Shown here piece by piece: positions 18,724 through 27,641 of a stretch of DNA of 38,937 bases. The stretch spans positions 1-38,937 of the forward strand of contig LUZV01000032.1 of the NCBI GenBank assembly GCA_001603765.1, written 5' to 3'. The translations under genes were made by a program, and so were the position numbers. Origin of the DNA: Anaerolineales bacterium Chloro_02 (GTDB lineage: Bacteria; Chloroflexota; Anaerolineae; Anaerolineales; Anaerolineaceae). The notes below the pieces were generated by a model. The model did not search any database, was not told the origin of the DNA, and saw only the letters and a program-made list of their open reading frames with translations. Positions within the stretch are counted from its first letter, which is position 1, and each line of letters opens with the position of its first letter.

Positions 18724-20136
18724 TTATGGTAGCCTCCGGTAATACCCGAACCGGATAATCGGTTTCGTATACTTGTCCCGCAGCCGCTCAATGCTGCCTG
18801 ACCACGGATCGGCAATGATAATATCTCCGCCAGAATAGCCAATCGCCAGAACCCAGTGCATTTCAATTAGCGGTGTTGCATCGTCAAAGTCTACGTACAA
18901 GATCGGCAATATGCCAGCCTGCAGCTTTTCGATGATCTGCGTGTCTGTTGGCGAGTAGACGAACGGCTCAAATATCATATCGGGATACAACCGTTCCAGA
19001 CTCGCCCACAAAAACAGGTTGCCGTCCAGATAGCCGTCGTTGTCGGTCAGCCAGCGGTTGAGTGAGTACGGATTAGTCGCGTGCCCGTGATGGTTGCAGA
19101 CCATTGACACCGCAGTCATCAGGCAGCCATGAGCTTCGATAGTTGATTTCGTCCCAAGTGCAAAATCTTTCCAGCGCGGGTCCCGTTGGCTGAATATCCC
19201 GCCCCAGAACACACTGCTCAAATTGACAATCGGCGGAGTGATAACGTCCTGCCGTGTAAGCCAAGTGCTGTCGCTCCACCCGCCTTTGTTATGCCTGTAC
19301 CAGCCATTGAGCGTTTCGTTCACCTCAACGATAGTGCCGTAAAGCATTGTAGGGGCTGACACTGGATAACTCAAGCCCGCGCCCGATCTTACCCGCAGTC
19401 CTGCGGTTGCCGTAACCCGCGCCTCGAATAGCGCCTCATCAATCGGGACGGGTTCTGGTTCCGGCTCTGGTTGTACTTCATCAAGCCCAAAGTAAGCCAA
19501 TAATTCGGCTTCTGTTCCATTCCAGCGATTAGTGTCTACGTAATAACTCTTTACGCCCACTGCGCCGCCGTTTCCGCGCTCGCCGGTCTGATGGATCAGC
19601 CACTTGCTGACCCCTTTAGGCAATAAGGGTGGCGGTGTTTTCTCCGGCGTATACTGAGGCGAGGGCAAGGCGGTTAGATAATTTGCAAGCCACCAATCTA
19701 CCGCCGGTAATCTGCTTACGTCCACGTAAGTATTAATCCACAATGCTCGTGAATAAACAATCGGGTATCGCCCTGTCTTGAGTTTGAGATATTCTAAGCA
19801 TTCCAGCAGGCAGGCTGTTATCCGTGTTTTACCAACGCCCTGATCCAGCTCCATGTCCATTACAAGACGGTCATGTTGAGTTGGCTTGACGATGTTCAAA
19901 AAGTTATCCATCTGGCGTTGTGCGTCTTCTGCCGGATAGACCACGTGATATGCCATGCGCGGGTGTCCTGCCAATGCCGTCCAAGACTGGTCAAATGTCG
20001 GGTCTTTGTAGCCCCAGCTGATACCAGCCCGAACCGCCACAAATGATGTGTTAGCTCGCATTTTTGCAAAGTCAGGCGGTGCGCCCTCTGCTGTGTACTG
20101 GTACTTTGAGATGTCAATGCCGAATGGGTATGCCAT
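18724..20136 (-). CDS. Three-domain endolysin: GH25 muramidase, SH3b-like, papain-like (C39/CHAP-like) cysteine peptidase
   Basis: GH25 motifs: FGIDISKYQ, AYHVVY, WWLANY, WLIHQTGERG. A PEPEPEPVP linker follows. SH3b-like segment: GLRVRSGAGLSYP..GTIVEV..NGWY. Peptidase: SQRDPRW...HGCLMTAVSMV with HWVLAIGY..IIADPWSG (Cys/His/Asp). Confidence 0.82.
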   Translation of the reverse strand: MAYPFGIDISKYQYTAEGAPPDFAKMRANTSFVAVRAGISWGYKDPTFDQSWTALAGHPRMAYHVVYPAEDAQRQMDNFLNIVKPTQHDRLVMDMELDQGVGKTRITACLLECLEYLKLKTGRYPIVYSRALWINTYVDVSRLPAVDWWLANYLTALPSPQYTPEKTPPPLLPKGVSKWLIHQTGERGNGGAVGVKSYYVDTNRWNGTEAELLAYFGLDEVQPEPEPEPVPIDEALFEARVTATAGLRVRSGAGLSYPVSAPTMLYGTIVEVNETLNGWYRHNKGGWSDSTWLTRQDVITPPIVNLSSVFWGGIFSQRDPRWKDFALGTKSTIEAHGCLMTAVSMVCNHHGHATNPYSLNRWLTDNDGYLDGNLFLWASLERLYPDMIFEPFVYSPTDTQIIEKLQAGILPILYVDFDDATPLIEMHWVLAIGYSGGDIIIADPWSGSIERLRDKYTKPIIRFGYYRRLP

Positions 20137-20936
20137 TATTCTCCTAATCTGTAAATCGACAAATAGTTATTGTTCTTATTGGCAAAATAACTATCCAAAG
20201 ACCCACCAGAATATTGTCGTCCGCACAGTTCTACATAGTCGTTTACTGCCAGAGGAATAATTCCAAAGGCGTTCAGCGTGCATGTGCCTGACGCAAACGC
20301 CTCTAATCTCTGCTGGGCAAAATAATCTGTGCCGTTCAGTCTGAGCAGCAGGTCTCGATTGCCTGTTGCGTTCGCTGCAAATGTCAGCGTGCCATTGACC
20401 ATATACATGCCCGCTTTTTTGCAAGTAATGCGAGTGTTATTCGTTACGTTGTCATGGTGGTTATGCGTGTCCCATTCCTCTTGGTTGAGAGGCAACGCAT
20501 ATATTGTTCCTGAGGTTGCGTAAGAAAACGCCGTAGCGTCTCGGTAAGCTCTTGCAGCATAACGAGTGTGTAGGCTGTCTACATATGCTTTTCTAACCGC
20601 CTGATTGTCAGTCGTTGGGTCTGCGTTCGGTAGGTTGGGAATTGCACCAAAGGTCTTTTCACCAATTATTGTCTGGCTACCTGATGTCTGCACAAAATTT
20701 GAGCTATCAAGATTGTCCAACTTGTCAGCGTCTGCTGCTTTTGCAGTTTTTCCAAGATACCGCTCATCCCCTCTATCGTTTGTCAGATACTGAGGATGGT
20801 CATCGTCAGCCAACCCGTCCAGTAAACCGTGATCAGTTACTCCACCACCACCGCCTGCTGGTTTTTCAAGTGTCAGCAGGTACGCTATTTGTTGCTGGAG
20901 AGTTTTTATCTTTTGCGCTATTTCCAACTCAAACAT
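20136..20936 (-). CDS. Tail fibre protein with C1q/TNF-like C-terminal head
   Basis: An N-terminal coiled segment, a GGGGG tract and DDDHPQYL (a common fibre motif). The C-terminal ~130 aa (ITCKKAGMYMVNGTLTF...LLLRLNG...LAVNDYVEL) resemble the C1q jelly-roll pattern. Confidence 0.6.
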   Translation of the reverse strand: MFELEIAQKIKTLQQQIAYLLTLEKPAGGGGGVTDHGLLDGLADDDHPQYLTNDRGDERYLGKTAKAADADKLDNLDSSNFVQTSGSQTIIGEKTFGAIPNLPNADPTTDNQAVRKAYVDSLHTRYAARAYRDATAFSYATSGTIYALPLNQEEWDTHNHHDNVTNNTRITCKKAGMYMVNGTLTFAANATGNRDLLLRLNGTDYFAQQRLEAFASGTCTLNAFGIIPLAVNDYVELCGRQYSGGSLDSYFANKNNNYLSIYRLGE

Positions 20937-22023
20937 CTGCCCACCTCTTTAGCTCTATGTAGGTCGTCTCTTGACCTGCCTCATCCAAGGACACACTGAC
21001 ACTTTTCACCTGCATTTTATAGACCTCGTTGTTGAAGGGGTTTATTGCGCTGACCAGGTCGCCCAGGTCATAGTGGACCCCATATTTACTGGCTTCTGTT
21101 TGCAGCACCGTGAAGAAGAATTCCTTTGAAATCTGGTTTTCAGCGAGCTTGGCTTGACCGCGGTTGATCAACCCTGCTTCTGTCTCAACATCGGTCGCGC
21201 CGAGAAATGCCTCATAGTTGTCGGTTTCTGAAAAATCATCCGACTGGACGATCACGATTTCCCGCTCTTCTTCCTCGCCTTTCCCACCAACAATGACCGA
21301 AGTCAGACGCGATGATCGGCGCTCCCGATATCGCGGGTTTGCCATATTGCCACGCTGCAAGGAAAACACTACATCCGCTGATCTGTCGATGCCCAGCTGG
21401 TTGTCATACCAGCGAAATTCGTAAGCAGCTGCTCCAGTTTTGACCAGATCAAAATCACCGCCCCCGCTTTCAGCAAGTTTTTGCAGTGTTTCAAGCAGGT
21501 TCTGCCAGGCGCAAAACCAGTCCATTACTTTACCAGTGGCATGATTTGTTTCAACCGATAAGCCTGGAATCACGCCGTCCAATTCCCGACCATTTGCGAC
21601 CGTTGCCGAGGGTCCAGCGTTATACTCCACCAATGTTTTTGCGATTGTCTCTGCCGGCTTATTGGTGAAGGCGGTCCTGTTGGCCATATTGGCCGTATAA
21701 CCGGAAACCCGCCACGCAAGCATCACCATGATTCCATTGGCGGTAAGAGAAGCGCGAGGAGCCACGTCCTGCTGGATCCAGTCAATATCCTGGTAAAACC
21801 CGCTGAATTCTTTCCTCCAGGCGTGCCCCTTTGGCCGGCGATATACCTCGATAAGCCAATTTTCTGCAATGGCTGAAAGGATCGGATGATTACCGCGGAT
21901 CTCCGTCACCAGAATGCCTGGGGCGTTGACTGTGCTTGAGTAAGTCAAACTGATAGGGTCAGTGATTACTGCCTGCAGCACACCGTCTTTATCTGAGAGG
22001 TTAATGCGGTAATCTGATCTCAT
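20929..22023 (-). CDS. Baseplate/tail-tip structural protein (Sipho_Gp37/Tal-N-like)
   Basis: Assigned from its position in the fibre cluster and general resemblance to siphovirus gp37-like proteins (YDLGDLVSAINPF...V.SVSVSL). Confidence 0.45.
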   Translation of the reverse strand: MRSDYRINLSDKDGVLQAVITDPISLTYSSTVNAPGILVTEIRGNHPILSAIAENWLIEVYRRPKGHAWRKEFSGFYQDIDWIQQDVAPRASLTANGIMVMLAWRVSGYTANMANRTAFTNKPAETIAKTLVEYNAGPSATVANGRELDGVIPGLSVETNHATGKVMDWFCAWQNLLETLQKLAESGGGDFDLVKTGAAAYEFRWYDNQLGIDRSADVVFSLQRGNMANPRYRERRSSRLTSVIVGGKGEEEEREIVIVQSDDFSETDNYEAFLGATDVETEAGLINRGQAKLAENQISKEFFFTVLQTEASKYGVHYDLGDLVSAINPFNNEVYKMQVKSVSVSLDEAGQETTYIELKRWADV

Positions 22024-22436
22024 AGTTTCACGATGTAGATAGCGTACTTATGCGGAGGTAAGGCATCTGCAATGCCTGTATCAGGATCTGTCAGGTCGTG
22101 CTCATGAGAATCGTTTTCTGCAAGCGTAAACGTACCGGTGTGATTATGACCTCGCGCCATTGTTACTGCAGGAGTGCCAATGGATTTCAATCGTGTTGCG
22201 CTGACCGAACTGTACGTCACAGTTGGGGATGTTCCGTGCGGGTGTGCTCCACCGCTTTGCACCGCGCCAGCTTCATGCTCATGCTCGCTTTCAAACGCGG
22301 TCCCGACGGTTCCTCCGATTGTGTCACCACTTTTATAGCCTTTCGGGATAAAACCGCGTGCGTCTGTCAATTCAGCCCAATCATCGGGGATTGCGCCAGA
22401 TGTCCATAGTAAAACCGTGCCAGTAGGGAAGTTCAT
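22020..22436 (-). CDS. Collar-like fibre module protein with 4 HxH motifs
   Basis: FPTGTVLLWTSGAIPDDW (tail-collar-like), then EHEHE, AHPHG, GHNHT and SHEHD, ending in LPPHKYAIYIVKL. Confidence 0.6.
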   Translation of the reverse strand: MNFPTGTVLLWTSGAIPDDWAELTDARGFIPKGYKSGDTIGGTVGTAFESEHEHEAGAVQSGGAHPHGTSPTVTYSSVSATRLKSIGTPAVTMARGHNHTGTFTLAENDSHEHDLTDPDTGIADALPPHKYAIYIVKL

Positions 22437-23290
22437 CAGATTATCCTCATCCAGAATTGAAGCACGATATATGGCGGCAAGCTGCTCTCGCTTGATGTGT
22501 CCGCCACATCGTGCTCATGTCCACCGCCAGAAGCCGATACTGCGCCAGTTTTCGTGTGATAGTGTTCTGCGACACCTGCAACTTCGCCGCTGGTGGATCT
22601 GTTCGTATCACCAACAGTGTTAGTCGTCAGGTCTACGGTATGGATGTGCTCCCCATCGGTAGATGTGCCATTGCTGTTGGTATGTTCATGCTCCGCATCA
22701 CCGCCGGTTTCGTTGCCATCGTTTCCGCCGGAATAAACGAAATAATCCTGCATGTCGTAAGTGCCATTATCCCCATCACAAACCGCCCAGTCACTATCGA
22801 GCGCGGTGAGTGTGTTCTGCATGACGATTGCACCAAGCGGAGCTTCTCGGGCAGTGACAGACTTGATCCAGCGCAGCCGGCGATATGGCGGTAAGTTCGA
22901 GGCTGGATCGGTGTCGTTTAGTGTGTGTCCGTGCCCACCAGCGGTGGACTCGTTCGAACCGGTTGCGGAATGCTCGTGAATCGGCGCGAAATTGGTTTGG
23001 GCGAAGTTGTAAACGTTGCTGTCGCCGCCTGAGCTTGATGTTTGTGATGCCTGGATGGCATGATTGTTGTGCCCTGCCACCGGCTCTGCATCGGGGTTTG
23101 TGTGAAAATGGGTCAACGCCCCTCTGGCAGTAACCAAATCCGCTGCATCATTGCCCATCACAAAATAACCATCAAGGGCTGTTTCAAAGGTAAAGCCAGC
23201 AGGAGCTGAAGCACCACCCCAGAGCAACAACGCTCCTGCGGGTATTTGGTAACCTTCGTCTGTTCCGGCGTAAGTGATGTATCGCATCAT
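22436..23290 (-). CDS. Fibre protein made of two collar-like modules with 7 HxH motifs
   Basis: Module 1 is IPAGALLLWGG...GHGHTLND...LPPYRRLRWIK. Module 2 is APLGAIVMQ..DSDWAVCDG...GHEHDVAD...LPPYIVLQFWMRI. Confidence 0.6.
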   Translation of the reverse strand: MMRYITYAGTDEGYQIPAGALLLWGGASAPAGFTFETALDGYFVMGNDAADLVTARGALTHFHTNPDAEPVAGHNNHAIQASQTSSSGGDSNVYNFAQTNFAPIHEHSATGSNESTAGGHGHTLNDTDPASNLPPYRRLRWIKSVTAREAPLGAIVMQNTLTALDSDWAVCDGDNGTYDMQDYFVYSGGNDGNETGGDAEHEHTNSNGTSTDGEHIHTVDLTTNTVGDTNRSTSGEVAGVAEHYHTKTGAVSASGGGHEHDVADTSSESSLPPYIVLQFWMRII

Positions 23291-24138
23291 TTCTCCAATA
23301 CAAGCATTACTTCAAGTCCCTTTGCGCCAGTACCTGCGGATAAGATGTCGAATGATAGTCCACCGCCTGCCCGCACAGTCATGTCATTGGTCTGCCCTCT
23401 TGTTCCTACATAAGAGTTTTTCGTCCCTGACATAATTGATGGTTTACTTGTAAGAACGCTTAGTCCCTCATACAGTACATCTATGCTTGTGTTTCCAGTT
23501 ACTGCCGGGACTGTAACGGCGATGTCTGCATGAGCAATAATATATCCTGCAAATTCGAGCGGGATTGTCCAGTAAAGCACATCAGAACCAACTGACACCG
23601 CTGTCTTGTCTGTGACGATTTTCAGCTGTACTACTGTCGTGTCCAATGGTGTTGCCCATACTCGTTCGTCCGTGAGCGTGATCGTTCCGCTTGTTGAGAC
23701 CTTCGCCTGCCACAGCAGCAGATCGTAAGTCGTACCGCTGTTCTTGGTAATGGTAGGTGGGGTTGGCTTTGCGGCTGCAGTCCCAGTCAATATAGTTAAA
23801 GACGCCTTGAATGTTGTGCCCCAGATGCAGCGCAAAACAATCCGGTCTATGCGGGAGTTGCCCGCCCCAGTGGCAGATGGGATTGTCAGGTTTACCACTG
23901 AGTCCGAATAGAACCAATGGCCATCGACCATCGCGCCGCCAGGGAATATGTTAACGTTATTTACGTCGTTGGTGGAAGCATTGAGTTCGGTCAGGTAGGA
24001 TTTCACTACCCCCTCGAACCCGCTTGCGCCACCAATAATCTTGAACGCTTCCGCAAGCTGTGATTGCGTATAGCTTACTTGCTGGTCTCCCGATCGTGCG
24101 CCGTCTGATGTTGTCCAAAATCCTGATAGTTGAGCCAT
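23287..24138 (-). CDS. Tail/baseplate structural protein (unassigned)
   Basis: Lies between Dit and the fibre modules and is translationally coupled on both sides. No firm motif. Confidence 0.4.
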   Translation of the reverse strand: MAQLSGFWTTSDGARSGDQQVSYTQSQLAEAFKIIGGASGFEGVVKSYLTELNASTNDVNNVNIFPGGAMVDGHWFYSDSVVNLTIPSATGAGNSRIDRIVLRCIWGTTFKASLTILTGTAAAKPTPPTITKNSGTTYDLLLWQAKVSTSGTITLTDERVWATPLDTTVVQLKIVTDKTAVSVGSDVLYWTIPLEFAGYIIAHADIAVTVPAVTGNTSIDVLYEGLSVLTSKPSIMSGTKNSYVGTRGQTNDMTVRAGGGLSFDILSAGTGAKGLEVMLVLEK

Positions 24139-24147
24139 TGTGTCTCC

Positions 24148-25047
24148 TTAAATTCCGAGTAACCGGATGTAATATAAAAAGCTGACGTTTGTAGCTGCCG
24201 TAGTTGAGATTCCATTCACCTGGATTCCGTTATCTCCATTCAGCGCGATTGGGTGTGGTTGCAGGCTAAAGGTTGAAATGTCGCTGTCAGCTGTTAAGTC
24301 TGCGATCTTGTTATTCCCAGCTGCATCAACCACAGTTTTGTATCCTGGGCGTAAATCGAGCGTGTACGTGTCCCCGTTGGCGATAGTCACACCGCTGAAG
24401 TCCAATTTGTCACCGGTGGTAAGGTTCTTAATTACCAAATCGGTAACTGGACCAGTAACAATTATTTGCGGGTAAGTTTTTTCTGTTCCTTCGTAGGGGA
24501 TAATCTTGGTTGTTTCAAATAATGAAGCGCCCACAAACATCGGCACTGGCATTGGTATGATAAGATTGTCGCTTCCGCCTCCGCCTGTTCCAAAATCGAT
24601 GTAAACTGCTTCAGGATCGTAAAACGTCGGATCAGGACAGCGCACGACAAGCGATGTTTTCTGGGTAACATACGATCGGTCTGAATCAGAAAATTCCAAA
24701 CCGTTAAGCAGGTGCCCCTGAATCTCTCTGACTTTGCCTGTAGGCAAGGTGATCCGCAAAATGCCGGGTGTCATATCTGGCCGCCAAAGCCGTAATAAAT
24801 CCTCGCGCCGTTGGTAATATCCAGCGAGATCCTTTTCATTGAAACCAAGAATGATGCTGATCAACCGCTCCTGCAGCCGATAACCTGTGTCGGTGATTCC
24901 CTCTTGCAAAGGGCTGCTTTCGCTGAAACGGGTGTAGGTCGGCATACCCAGTCCAGACATCCCAAGCAGATACATCCCCAGATCTGGATCATTGAGCTTC
25001 AGGGTTGTTTGGTTTTGGATCCATTCAGCTTTGTAATCTGGTGCCAT
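24148..25047 (-). CDS. Distal tail protein (Dit, Sipho_tail family)
   Basis: Immediately downstream of the tape measure gene, with an N-terminal pattern typical of Dit (LGMSGLGMP...SPLQEG). Confidence 0.65.
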   Translation of the reverse strand: MAPDYKAEWIQNQTTLKLNDPDLGMYLLGMSGLGMPTYTRFSESSPLQEGITDTGYRLQERLISIILGFNEKDLAGYYQRREDLLRLWRPDMTPGILRITLPTGKVREIQGHLLNGLEFSDSDRSYVTQKTSLVVRCPDPTFYDPEAVYIDFGTGGGGSDNLIIPMPVPMFVGASLFETTKIIPYEGTEKTYPQIIVTGPVTDLVIKNLTTGDKLDFSGVTIANGDTYTLDLRPGYKTVVDAAGNNKIADLTADSDISTFSLQPHPIALNGDNGIQVNGISTTAATNVSFLYYIRLLGI

Positions 25048-26984
25048 TAGGTGCTCCCCAACAGATTGAGTACCCTTATCTGCTCGATTAGTGATAAGGG
25101 GTTCTGATATCCATAATTGGCAGTCAGGTTGTATTGCACGGTCGAGTTTGTCGTGTTATTGGTGGTGTTGCTCAATGCCTGGAGGATCGTGTCCTGATTT
25201 ACAATCTGCCCGTTCTCAGTCGGAATAAACAACTCAGGCTCACCTCTCTCACCAACCCAATAGGGCGCGCCGCGTTCCACCGGTCCGCCGTCAGCCCGGA
25301 GCAGGGGATGAGCAAAGTCAGGTATTTGCCCGAAAGTTGAAATGCTATAAGTGACCGGAATGTTGATCGGAGTGATGTCCATCTTGAGTAGCTCCAGGAT
25401 CTTATTCTTCGCCGGCTGGGTGTCAACAATCACTTGCGGTTTGGCAGGGTTCCCGTTGAGGGTGTCCACAGCGTCCCGCCAGGCTTGCATTGCCATATCC
25501 GCTGCTTCCCGACTGACAAACCCCATCTGCACCGCCATGTCAAAATAAGCCTGCATTTCCCCTTCGGTCACCCCATCGATGGCGATGGATGCGGCAAACA
25601 TGTCCAGGGTCATCTGGTTGGCAGATTTTGTCATCGCTGCCTGTGCGGCTTCAATCAGTTCCTTCTGCTTCTCCAGCTCGTCGTTCACTTCCTTCGCTGA
25701 CATTTTCACCCCGTCCAGGGTTCCGCCGGTCTCCTTGAATGGCTCCAGCTCCGCGATCCGTTCTTCTGCGGCTGTTATGTTCTTGAGCTGTGTTGTGTAA
25801 TCAGCTGCCAGTTTGGTGATCGAACTGAAATTGGCATTGGCTGAATAAACCTTTTCAGCCAATAATGCTTGTTTTTCCAGCTCCGCGTTCTGTTCGGCAA
25901 GTTCTTGATTGGTTTTGCTAACCTGATTCCCATATTCCGCCGATCCTTCCGCTGGATACTTATATAAGTCCTTATAACCTTCCCTGGTCTTTTCTGCGGC
26001 TTCCACTTCAGCCTTAAGCGCATTGATCAATGATGGATTTTCCGCGAGAACCTTTCTGATGTTAGCCAAAGCCTGATAGCCGGTTGCTCCTTTGGTGATT
26101 TCATCGGTGTTAATCCTCAAACCTTCCGCCGTATCAACCAAATCCTTTGCCGATTGAACTGAAATGTTTTCATTAAACCTGGCTGTCCAGAATTCAGCCC
26201 AGCCAGACGTTCCTTCCGCCAGCTGCACTTTCAACCCGTCAAAATAATTCTTCTGAGAGGCAGACATCTGTTCCCATTTTCCGGCTGTGTCCAAAGTTAA
26301 TCCACCGGTCGCTGCCAGCAAGCCCTCTGATTTTTCCAATACCCCATTCAGCAGTGCCTGGGTCTTTTCAGCTTTCGTCAATTCGCTGCTGGCTTTGCCA
26401 ATGGTATCGGCATACGCCTTGTACGTATTATCGGCATCGATCACGATTCCCAGGTTGTCCAGGATCATCGGTGATGCGCGTCCGATACCGGTCACGATAT
26501 CGTTAAATGCTTGGGTGGTGGAAAGCCCCATTGCCCTGCCTCTCACCGCCGCCACTTCCATCAACTGCGCTAACTGGCCTGCGTCAGTGCCAACTCCCAG
26601 CATCATTGCTTTTGATGCCGACTGCATGATCTCATAATCCGAGATCATGCCAAGGGAAGCGCCTCTGATAGCCTCAACCACCTCATCCATGTTCATGCCC
26701 ATCGAAGATGCCAACGCGGCTGAAGACTCTGTAAGGCGCATGATTTCCGCCCCCTCTTTCGAGAAGTCGATCACTTTCTTCATCGTGGCAATTGCGGTTC
26801 CGATTGCGGCAGCAATCGGAATGATTGCTGATTTTGCTGCTTTCCACGAATCCATGAAAGAATTCGCCGGCTTGTCCATATCCTTGCCCGCGGTTTCAAT
26901 ATCCGCTTTAGCCTTGTCCATCTCCGCTTTCACGGAAGACATCTTTACTCGGACATTGATGGTTGCTTCACCCAGTGTGGCCAT
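25047..26984 (-). CDS. Tail tape measure protein
   Basis: 645 aa, Ala/Gly/Met-rich with long helical or coiled regions, positioned after the G/G-T chaperones. Confidence 0.85.
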   Translation of the reverse strand: MATLGEATINVRVKMSSVKAEMDKAKADIETAGKDMDKPANSFMDSWKAAKSAIIPIAAAIGTAIATMKKVIDFSKEGAEIMRLTESSAALASSMGMNMDEVVEAIRGASLGMISDYEIMQSASKAMMLGVGTDAGQLAQLMEVAAVRGRAMGLSTTQAFNDIVTGIGRASPMILDNLGIVIDADNTYKAYADTIGKASSELTKAEKTQALLNGVLEKSEGLLAATGGLTLDTAGKWEQMSASQKNYFDGLKVQLAEGTSGWAEFWTARFNENISVQSAKDLVDTAEGLRINTDEITKGATGYQALANIRKVLAENPSLINALKAEVEAAEKTREGYKDLYKYPAEGSAEYGNQVSKTNQELAEQNAELEKQALLAEKVYSANANFSSITKLAADYTTQLKNITAAEERIAELEPFKETGGTLDGVKMSAKEVNDELEKQKELIEAAQAAMTKSANQMTLDMFAASIAIDGVTEGEMQAYFDMAVQMGFVSREAADMAMQAWRDAVDTLNGNPAKPQVIVDTQPAKNKILELLKMDITPINIPVTYSISTFGQIPDFAHPLLRADGGPVERGAPYWVGERGEPELFIPTENGQIVNQDTILQALSNTTNNTTNSTVQYNLTANYGYQNPLSLIEQIRVLNLLGST

Positions 26985-27641
26985 CGTATTTCTCCTGGCT
27001 TTGCTTGAACAGTTTCGCGCTTTCTTTAGCTCGCGATTCTGTGTCAGCTACTGAACTGAACAAGCTGCTCAGTTCCGGCAATCTCTTCATCCGTGCAAAA
27101 GCAGCCCCATACCAGGCGCTTTCAATCTGTGCCCGGTGAGTTCGCTCACCTCTTTCTGTTGCTGCCTTTATCGTCATGTACGTTTCTTTCATCGTCAGCT
27201 GCCAGAATTCCTGGACGCTTATACCTTTTCCTAATGCGAGTTCCAAAAATGCGTCCCAGCTGAAGGCTACGCCGCTCTTTACGGCTTCTTCTCCCGAGTA
27301 AAAAAAAGCACCTCGCTCACTGCCGGCATCACCTGTGTGACGGTGTACGCATAACCAACCAGATCAAGGATTTGGTAGGCATCATCCGTGCTCACCTGCC
27401 GGTTGTGCGGATCATGCTCGCGCCGGTAAGCTTCCATGCCTGCCTTCAGCAGCACAACCAGGTCCGCAATCGGCGGGTAAAAGCTCTTGCTGAAGGCTTC
27501 CACCATCAACCAGACAGACTTTCCGGTCTGTGCTTCCACCTCAGCCAGGGCGCGGTTGGTATACAGTAAGCCAACCGTTCCCTCGCCGCTGTCAAACGTC
27601 ACTTCACTGCGCGGTCCAAATGTCGGTTTGTCCTCGCTCAT
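26968..27641 (-). CDS. Tail assembly chaperone G-T (-1 programmed frameshift product)
   Basis: The downstream frame (26968..27307) is exactly -1 relative to G. It stays open from the slippery site and has no ATG of its own. Confidence 0.65.
27279..27641 (-). CDS. Tail assembly chaperone G
   Basis: A 120-aa ORF between the tail tube and tape measure genes. It ends 19 nt after a T8 slippery run. Confidence 0.75.
   Translation of the reverse strand: MSEDKPTFGPRSEVTFDSGEGTVGLLYTNRALAEVEAQTGKSVWLMVEAFSKSFYPPIADLVVLLKAGMEAYRREHDPHNRQVSTDDAYQILDLVGYAYTVTQVMPAVSEVLFFTREKKP
27300..27307 (-). other. Slippery site T_TTT_TTT for the G/G-T -1 frameshift
   Basis: On the minus strand, gtg ctT TTT TTT act appears as an A8 run on the plus strand. 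Confidence 0.65.

Noticed and set aside
20136-20936. Diversity-generating retroelement targeting the fibre C-terminus
   Set aside because: The window contains no reverse transcriptase gene and no template-repeat copy of the fibre 3' end. The only internal DNA similarity I found is the tail-tube duplication and the G/C hairpin repeat, and neither shows adenine-specific mismatches.
26968-27246. Independent 92-aa gene with a TTG start downstream of chaperone G
   Set aside because: There is no ATG or SD. The frame is -1 to G and open back to a T8 slippery run, so it is better explained as the T part of a G-T frameshift product.
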